Assembly (NCBI GenBank): GCA_012295275.1 | Contig: CM022676.1 | Location: 1,488,001 to 1,552,000, forward strand | Direction of reading: 5' to 3' | Source of the DNA: Chrysomallon squamiferum | Taxonomy: Eukaryota; Animalia; Mollusca | DNA length: 64,000 nt | Shown: positions 55,701 to 64,000 of the stretch, piece after piece | Position numbering within the stretch: position 1 is the stretch's first letter | Layout of the letters: each line of letters opens with the position of its first letter | Made by a program: the position numbers and the translations under genes | The notes under the pieces: generated by a model | What the model was told of the DNA's origin: nothing | Seen by the model: only the letters and a program-made list of their open reading frames with translations | Database searches by the model: none

Positions 55701-57266
55701 CTCAAATGTTTTTATTTTGCAGTGTATAAATGAGAACAAATTATTTTCCTTATCACATCTCTGTTAGTGATAACAAGTAATAAGCAGAGAGAATCCTGGT
55801 GCCAATTAGTAGAGCTAATAATTTCAGCCAGATACCATAATGAACAGACTGTAACAACATAGTTTACTTTGTAGATAAACAACTGCTTAACAAAAACAAG
55901 ATTTTATATCAGACAATCTATTTGAGATTGTGAAAACCTGTGTGTGTATTTGTCTGTGTGTGTGTGTATGTGTGTGAGTGTGTGTATATGTGTTTGTATG
56001 TGTTCATGTGTATGTATATAACTTGTTTTGTGTACTATGCATACTTTTGTTTATTTATTTATTTATTAATATTTACAATAACACTAATGTTTATACTATA
56101 ATAATATTTATTAAATAGATAAAATTTACATAGAAGAACAACAGTTTCAAGAATTTCCTTTAATTTGTTGTTTAGAAAATATAACCAAAAGCTATTAACT
56201 AACAAACAAACCCTGGTTTATAATTGAATCAGGTTAAAGAAAATATTTACTTTTCCTGTTGAAATAGCTTGAAATAGTTCCTCCTTTGTCAAAGATTCTT
56301 CTGTTTGTTTTACATGTCAAAGATTCAAAAATCAATATTTTTCTTCTTCTTCTGGTATTTTAAACAGTAAATATTAACTTTATTGAAATAGCTGAGTGGA
56401 AATCACAGATCAACTAGAAAAATTCTTAATTTGCTTAAAGCAGGGCTGATATTTTGGTGTGTGTGTGTGTGTGTCCCCCATGTAGGATATAACTTGTAGT
56501 GTAACAAACTGTTAAACATGTTTCATTTTATTTCTGTAAACATAGAAGTTTCATTTGTAATAGAAAATCTGCAGTATATTTTTCAGTTTAATAGTAAGGA
56601 GAATGGCAAATTTGTTTATAATTAGTAACTAATATGAAGGAGATTATGGTATGCAACTAATTTCTATGAAAGCGATTCTAACAAAATTAAAATTACTCTT
56701 ATTATTACTTTTAATAAAGATCTGTTCTGCTTAAGCAATATATTAGAGGTAGAGGTTGTCAGTTTTGAAAAACAAGGTCAAATATTTGATTTTAAAAAAA
56801 GAAAGAGAATTAATGAATTAACTGGTATAATAATCTATGTACTGTAGTACAGGTCATGAAAATAAATCTTTAAAGAAATTAATTAAGTCAAGGACATCTC
56901 TTGTCTTAACATTTCAATTTTATGACATTAATTTCATTTTTCCTATCAGAATATTTATTTTTAATCCTCAGTTCAACTGACAATCTCTAATTGATTTACA
57001 AAAACAAATTAAAAGCTGTTCACGAATTGACATTTCCTCACACATTCTACAAATCCCTCTTACCACATTTTCACAAGCTGTTACAATGAGAATGACATCG
57101 TCATGGTTGACTGCACACTGAGGTGACACCCAGCACTTGTCCATTGTCATGGTCAAGCACCAGGATCTAGAATGGTCACTGTGATTTACAAATCTCATTG
57201 TTAACTTCATCAATCTTATTGTCATTAAAGACTTAACAGATCATGTGACCATGGGAAAATACTCAC

Positions 57267-57296
57267 CCTGGGGTGTTTGTGTAGGTCCTTGTTTTA
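57267..57296 (-). CDS. ETS1: Candidate 30-nt cassette microexon of the Ets gene (VKQGPTQTPQ)
   Basis: ctgtag|TAAAACAAGGACCTACACAAACACCCCAGG|gtgagt; phase 1-1, open in frame. Confidence 0.4.
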
Positions 57297-58889
57297 CTAC
57301 AGGTTATGGTCCAGTTGTGAAAACATCGGAGTAATATGAGATGGGTCAGGGAACAAATGTGGTTTTTCTTTTTTTAGTTTGTTCTTGTTTTGTTTTTTGT
57401 CTCATTTATTTTATTTAACAAGATGAATTCTTATTCTTATATGTCTCAAATTCATTACAATAAAATGATAAGAAGAAAAACTGGCAGGATTTTGTGTATA
57501 TAGTTTCTATAGCATTTGTGGATTTTTATGGGTTGGTTTGTTGGGGGTTTTGTTTTGTTTTATTTATTTTGTTGTTGTTTTTAAATAAAAAAAGAATATA
57601 TATAAATAGGTTTATAAGAACAACAATAACAAAAGTAGAAGAAATCTGGTCAAGATGAGCAGGCAGGTGCTAATTATAAATTAATTAATTTCTGTAGATG
57701 AAATTCAGTACTGATACAACTTTTCACTGCTTTGCAATCAGCACAATCAAATTTATAAAAATACTGCACAGACTACTGGATCACAAAACAAAATAATCTT
57801 AAATAATTGGGCCAAGATTGTCAACAATTTTGTCAACACAGTAAAAAAATGTCAACAACGTTGAACACAATTGTTCGGAAAGAAAAATGTTCTGATTTGG
57901 CCTTGTCCAAGATTCATGTTTATTCTCTAAATATGTTAAGAACACAAGAAAACAAGTTTGGAAAACGCCCTCTTGTTTTAGTCTTAAAGTCTTTCTGCAC
58001 TGCTTATACCACCTAGCTAAGCCCTGAATACTAAAATTAAAATAAATTTTTTATAGCAAAAATAAAATAAATTTAAACACATTGTTACTTTTGGTAAATT
58101 TGTCTTCAAATACTATATAAATTATTTTTCTTATTTTTTTTTTATTTTTATTTTTTTGAATATATACATAAAAATTAATATGTGTTTAAAATAAATCAGT
58201 ACTGATAGTGTTACACTGGAAAAATTATATTATTTTAATTTGTTTATATTTTATAATACTGTAGTTTGGAAGCTTTATTTTCTTTCCAGTGTCTTTTGAA
58301 ATAATTTAGAAGCTTTACATTACCTATTTTAAATTTCATATTAATCACAGAGGTACACTAATAACAAAATATTTATAAATATACAGGGTTTGCAAATCTG
58401 CACCGAAGTATTTTCACTTAACCAAAAACACAATTGACCAGACTGAGAGTAAATGTAGAATATTAACAACAGTTTAAACTGCTGAGATATTTATTCATTA
58501 CTGAAAACAACAAGTTAGTTGTTTATAGCTTGTTCATGTGCATATGTTTTCAAACAGATATGTCTTTTTACTGTAAAGAATGCGTTTGAATCCAGATCAA
58601 CTATTTATTATATTTACTGTTCAATAGTGTAAATAAATGCAGTCCCTCTCTCACTAACACACACATACATATTTATATACAATAGAAAATTCAGTTTTAT
58701 ATACAGAATTTCTGCCATATCAGAAGTAAGTTTCACATTGACTCAAACACCAGTTTAACACAGACACCAATTAATCATTTTAAATATTTAACCTCTCATC
58801 TGAACTTTATGGGCGTAACAAAATAATGTTAGAAATAAAAAATATTATTTATGCTAACAATACTGATTATGATGATGTTGGTAACATAG

Positions 58890-59081
58890 TAAGCTGTCTC
58901 TCTATAAGCAGTATAATATTCTGAATCAAGTATAAAAGTCTTTCCATAAGCTCTCTATAATTCATGTATAAATCTGTATATCTATAAGCTCTCTATGATA
59001 CATTGTTTGTCAAGTACAAATCTTATCTGTGTCTGTGAGTGTGAGTGTGAGTGTGAGTGTGTGTGTGTGTGTATGTGCATG

Positions 59082-59113
<32 letters not shown>

Positions 59114-59235
59114 CGGTGTGTGTGTTTGTTTATGTTGTCTCATTTCAGAAGCCAAATTAAGTTGTGCTGCATCTTCAGAACTCTATAATGCAGTGTATGT
59201 CAAATCTGTATCTATAAGCTCTGTATGATACATTC
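58890..59235. repeat. Local duplication (aatctgtat.ctataagctct.tatgatacatt) flanking a (TG)n/(TGTGAG)n microsatellite
   Basis: Copies at ~58971 and ~59203, plus shorter ctataagc repeats. Confidence 0.7.
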
Positions 59236-59883
59236 TAAATCAAATTTAAAACTGTCTATCCATAAGATCCTAGAATTCTAAATTTAAAAATAGAAACAAA
59301 TGCTAGAGAAAAAAGTAAACCTCAAGAAATCTTGCAGAAACAAAGAACATGTAAAACTGAGGTGTGAGATCTTTTAAAATCACATTCATCTTTTAAGGAC
59401 AAAACCATTTGATAATGTGGTTGCCATGGATACATGTTAATCCACTGCCAACACTAGTTCAAACCAACAGCAAACACATTTACAATACCAGAGTAAATAG
59501 TAAGATAGTTAATATACTTTTATTCATAGATGAATTTTCATGAAATGTCAAAAAATAATGACTATGCCTTTTCATGAATAGATAAATAAACAATAATAAT
59601 TTACAAAACATCCATATATGTATTCTGGAAATCATGAATAGATGACAAAATAATTTTTAAAAAATATTCGTACATTTATAAAATCATGAAATGATGACTA
59701 AAATAAACAATATTATAAGATGAATAAAATGATTGCTGAGTTAATTACTGAATAAGTGAATAAAGTAAATCAATAAACATTTTTAAGTTGTATTCATGAA
59801 ATCACTGAATAACTGAATAAAGAAATAAATAAAAGAGTAAAAATTGAGAATTTCTAATTATAAGAGATTTAATTTTCACTCAC

Positions 59884-60022
59884 CCAGACTTTCATCGGAC
59901 AGATCTGACATGGATGGAACTTTCTGGAGTGTAGGGACTCTGTGATCTTCATGTGACTCAACCGGGGTCATTACACAGTTCAGCCTGTCCATCTCCTTAC
60001 CTAGTTCTGTACCATACAGCAC
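59884..60022 (-). CDS. ETS1: Ets coding exon 2 (VLYGTELGKEMDRLNCVMTPVESHEDHRVPTLQKVPSMSDLSDESL)
   Basis: Acceptor tgtttcag|GTG, donor G|gtgagt; 139 nt, phase 0-1, joins 63106 to 24491 in frame; QKVPSxSDLSD resembles invertebrate Ets1/Pointed-P2 N-termini (from recall). Confidence 0.85.
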
Positions 60023-63000
60023 CTGAAACAATAGTTATTTTTATTATCAGCAGTAGCAGCAGCAGCAGCAGTAGTAGTGGTAATAATAATATTAGTAATA
60101 GTAAGCAGTATTCTTGTTGTAGCAGATCTAACAAAACTAAAAGCTCTAGTACACTAGTATTAATAGTAAGTTGTGTTTTACTTCAGAAATCACTTAAGAA
60201 AAGGAAAAGACTGAAAACAAACTGATGCTGATAATTAATTAAACATTTTATTTGAAATATTATAAATTTTATTATTTTAGCATTATTATTATTATCAACA
60301 TCATTAATACTATCACCATTATTACTTTGCAGCTAAAATTATATTATTATCCATAAATATATCTATGCAAATTAAAATAAATAATTAGTATGCTGTCTTC
60401 ATGCATTAGGTTAATGACATTTGCTGACATAAGCAAAGAGCTTATGTTTATTAGATAAAGCATCCTTTACACATATATCCTATTAAAAAAAATTACAGCA
60501 ATATGGAGCAGCAGTTGAAACAAGAAATTATTAATAAAAATTAATAACAATAATAAAAATAGCAATAACAATAATAAAATGTGAAATAAAGGACATTAAT
60601 TAATTTTTTTTAATGTTCAAGATTTCTGATTTATTTTAATTACTCTTGAATGTTAAACTTTTGTAAGTTTTCAAACTGAACAACGATGCTGTAGCCACAG
60701 TTTGTTGACAGCACACAAGAGGCGTAGCTGTCCACACACAGCAAACACTGATAAACTTGTCCTGAAGCTGAGGTTTAAAATTCCACAGACCAAACTGGCA
60801 GCTCTCTCAATAGGAAGATCACGTCTGGTGACGCCCAGACAATATTTAAAGTCAGCCATTTTAGTTCCACCATGTTGCTGTGTGTGTTTTCAACTGTTAG
60901 CAAAACTGCTGCACATACCTCTTTAAATCCATGATTACCAATATCTATTTTTAAACCAGCTTAGAAACAAACAGTTCTGTAAAGTTACTATCTGTGTTTA
61001 TTTTATAATATTTCTATTTGCAGATGAATAATCTGTCAGGTTACTAGTGCATGGCAACTCATTATTAACATTAAATAATGTTTAGTACTGATGAAAACAT
61101 GGTTATTTTTAAAGAAGGCCCAGTCTTCCTTCAACTATTCATTCTATAAGATTTCCAAATAAAACAAAATAAACTTACTGTCACAATTTATTCTATCACT
61201 ATCAGCAGGTTTCATAAATAAATTAGAGATATTCCTTATTTAATTTTGTTTGTTTTAATGATTAACATTTTCTTTTATTAAAATTACTAGTTTACTGAAT
61301 ATAAAAACCATCTCCCTCTAACACCACACCTTTATGAGCTTCAGTGTAGGCATTTTATACAGTTTTGAATGTACTTTACCTTTTTTCTAAAATGTCACAT
61401 TTAAAAATAATAAACAAAGTATGAATTATTTTTCCTAAGATTTAGTTCATTTGAACTTGCTGGAGTTTTGCTCACTGTTCAGCAGGGGCTGGGTTCGTGG
61501 TATGCGACTTCAGAAAAAAATTAAAATTAAGCTAAAACCCAGTCTGTAAGTCTGCATACAGAACTGGAAAGAATTGTTACCACTGTTTTGTTTTTCTACT
61601 ATTCATGCAATCTAGAATTTGCTTTTACTCAGCTATGTATGTTTTTGATGGAAGCTTTTTACTGACAGAAGCAAACACAAGAGCCACACTGTGAACCAGA
61701 AGATGGTTATGCAGCTAAATGCAACTAACATAAAATTTGCACCACAAAGACAGGAAGTAGCAACAGAGAGTACAAAGCAATACGTTTCATAAAAATATTC
61801 CTTTTGAAAGAAAGAAGTGAGTGCTGTCAATAAAATGCATGGTATTAACACAGTAAAAGCATTTTCAACATATTTATAAATTTAACTGTAGTAATTAAGA
61901 AAACTTCTTTTTTTTCTAGAAGAATCAATGGTCAGTAGACATCTGAAAAGAAACTAGCACCAAAGGCATTGTTGATCTTAGCATAAGAGTCTGATTTGGG
62001 TAATGCATTTCCTGAGACATTACAATGATTACATAAATTAAGCAAATGAATTTCATCATAGTTTCTGTATTTTTCTCTAATAAATTCATGTTACTAATCT
62101 AACTGAAATAAACTCACTGATTCCCACTACATTACAGTAATTTAACATATATAGTAAGTATAATGACTTTGAAATATGATACTGGTATAATTCTTGCATG
62201 GATGGTGGTAACCATTTTCTTCTCTTTTTTTGAAAAGATTTCTATTACACAAAACATCGCTTTTAGTCTTGTTTTGGTTTCTTGGCATTTTTTGGCATTA
62301 AGTTTGAAATACTATCTGTACATTCTTTTTTTTATAAAAACAGCTAAAAATCTACTGATCTATCTCTTTCAGTCTGTGTTGTATGGCGCAATATAATCTG
62401 TATTTGTTTATATATATACACATTATTTTTTCTTCTTTTTATTCACTTTTAAGGACCAAATAAAGCTGTGCTGCATTTTCCTAATAAACTAACAGATGGA
62501 CTGTGTTCTGTAATATTGTTAGCATTATAAAAACTTGTTTTCACTTTCAACTTTTTATGAAATATTTCCTTAATATTTACACACACACTCACACTTTCTC
62601 TCTACATTATAAATACAGTTTTATTTATTTATTATCATTACTAATTATTCTGGCTTACAGACAGATGTATTTCACTGAGAAAGTTCAGGTACTATGAAAA
62701 AAAACGAGTCAAAAACAAATTCAGTGTTTGACATGGCAGTTATGTTTGGCCTTTTTGCACTGAAATCTAGACGTCAACCTAGTGTAATTTTAAACAGTCC
62801 ATAATTGTTATAATGACGATTTTCAGTAAAAATTTCATTATTCTCGTAATCACTGAATCTAAATGAATTAGCCATTAAACTGAAAACAGTTTCGTGTCAT
62901 GTGACAGAAACTGCAAAGCATCATAAACACTAAATATTGTTTAATTATATAAATATGTTATGATTTGGTTACACAATAAACATGTATAAATTAAATATTA

Positions 63001-63105
63001 TAAAAAGCTTGACCTACTAACGAACTGTTTCATTCATGAGAAAGCAATGGTAGTTTCATGAATGAAAGGTCGACACGAAACCGAGGCTTAGCTTAAGTTC
63101 CTTAC

Positions 63106-63210
63106 CTTAGTTATTCTCACTGGCGGACAAAATTTTCGTTTCTTCGACTCGTTGGGGAAAAATTCCACGTTCTCCATCCCGAAATCACTATTATAGAATT
63201 CTAGGTCCAT
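63106..63210 (-). CDS. ETS1: Ets first coding exon of the long isoform (MDLEFYNSDFGMENVEFFPNESKKRKFCPPVRITK)
   Basis: ATG 4 nt after acceptor ttttag|GATT; donor AAG|gtaagg, phase 0; the full 9-exon CDS is 1521 nt (~506 aa) and open. Confidence 0.8.
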
Positions 63211-63778
63211 AATCCTAAAATGATAAAGGATGCAACTAACTATAAACAGAAATAAACAGCGATGTTTTAATAGGTCATTCACAAACGCACGGCCATGTTG
63301 AAATGTGACACCAGAAAACGCGGCGTCGTGTGTTCGACAGGTGAATGAATGACACACACTGGCAGTTCTAATAAACATAATTTATTATTATACAAAAACC
63401 ACAAAGTCAAACCGCAAGAATGGCCGTTATCTGTCTGCAACGATGCATGTAAAATGAAGTAAATATATTCACGATGACTAGATAGCTGAACAAATAAAAG
63501 TTTAAGTAAATAAATAAATATTGTTAGGCTAAACAATGCATTCACATAAATTAAGTCATTAAAATGCTCCAAATCGAGGCAAATTTTAGGCCCCCTACTA
63601 GGCCATAGCCTAACGCTGTGACGGTAATTATAAGTTATTAATAGATAATTTACAATTATGTTTATACTTTGAGTTTTTAGAATTACAGTTAAAATTATGC
63701 AAATCTTATAAACAAATATATTTTAATTTACTAAATAATATTAGAAATCTAACTTTGGAACAAAAGTTAAGGTCTTAC

Positions 63779-64000
63779 CGGCAAAGCCGTCTGATAAATC
63801 CAACTCGAAATACCCCTTTCTTTCAAATGCGATGAAAAGTATTAGGTCACGCAGATGAAGAAACGAAATCCGTAGAAGTTTTTAGCTAAATTACTCCTTA
63901 GACCAGCTCTCCATCCGTTCAGTTTAACAGAAATGTAAGTCAATTGTCAAATGATAGCTTGTGTTCTTATGATGATCATCAAAATAGCTTCCTTGTCTTT
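63779..64000 (-). other. Probable non-coding 5' UTR exon / distal promoter region of the Ets gene
   Basis: Donor CCG|gtaaga at 63779; CpG-rich surroundings; 5' boundary unknown and may lie outside the window. Confidence 0.5.

Overview
AT-rich, microsatellite-dense metazoan genomic DNA. The repeat style and protein sequences suggest a mollusc, possibly an octopod cephalopod (inference). It is not prokaryotic, and most ORFs in the supplied track are low-complexity artefacts. Two convergent intron-containing genes can be reconstructed with phase-consistent GT-AG junctions. (1) A 3-exon Golgi-type carbohydrate sulfotransferase on + (1644-4506, ~359 aa). (2) An Ets1/Ets2/Pointed-type ETS transcription factor on - (9 coding exons, 63210 down to 15414, ~506 aa; PLTP MAPK site, PNT/SAM domain, ETS domain) with a ~35 kb intron. 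That intron holds an apparent alternative first coding exon with its own CpG-rich promoter (37265-37139), a candidate 30-nt in-frame microexon (57296-57267), a ~2 kb inverted repeat (40844-42895) and two CTCF-like motifs. The intergenic region holds a nested pair of non-autonomous DNA transposons with TIRs and TSDs (8329-10177). A 27-nt retroposon tail with a 13-bp TSD lies in the probable Ets 3' UTR, and a 1.6-kb (GA)n tract lies in an Ets intron. I found no clearly novel multi-gene system. The most interesting signals are isoform, regulatory and mobile-element architecture.
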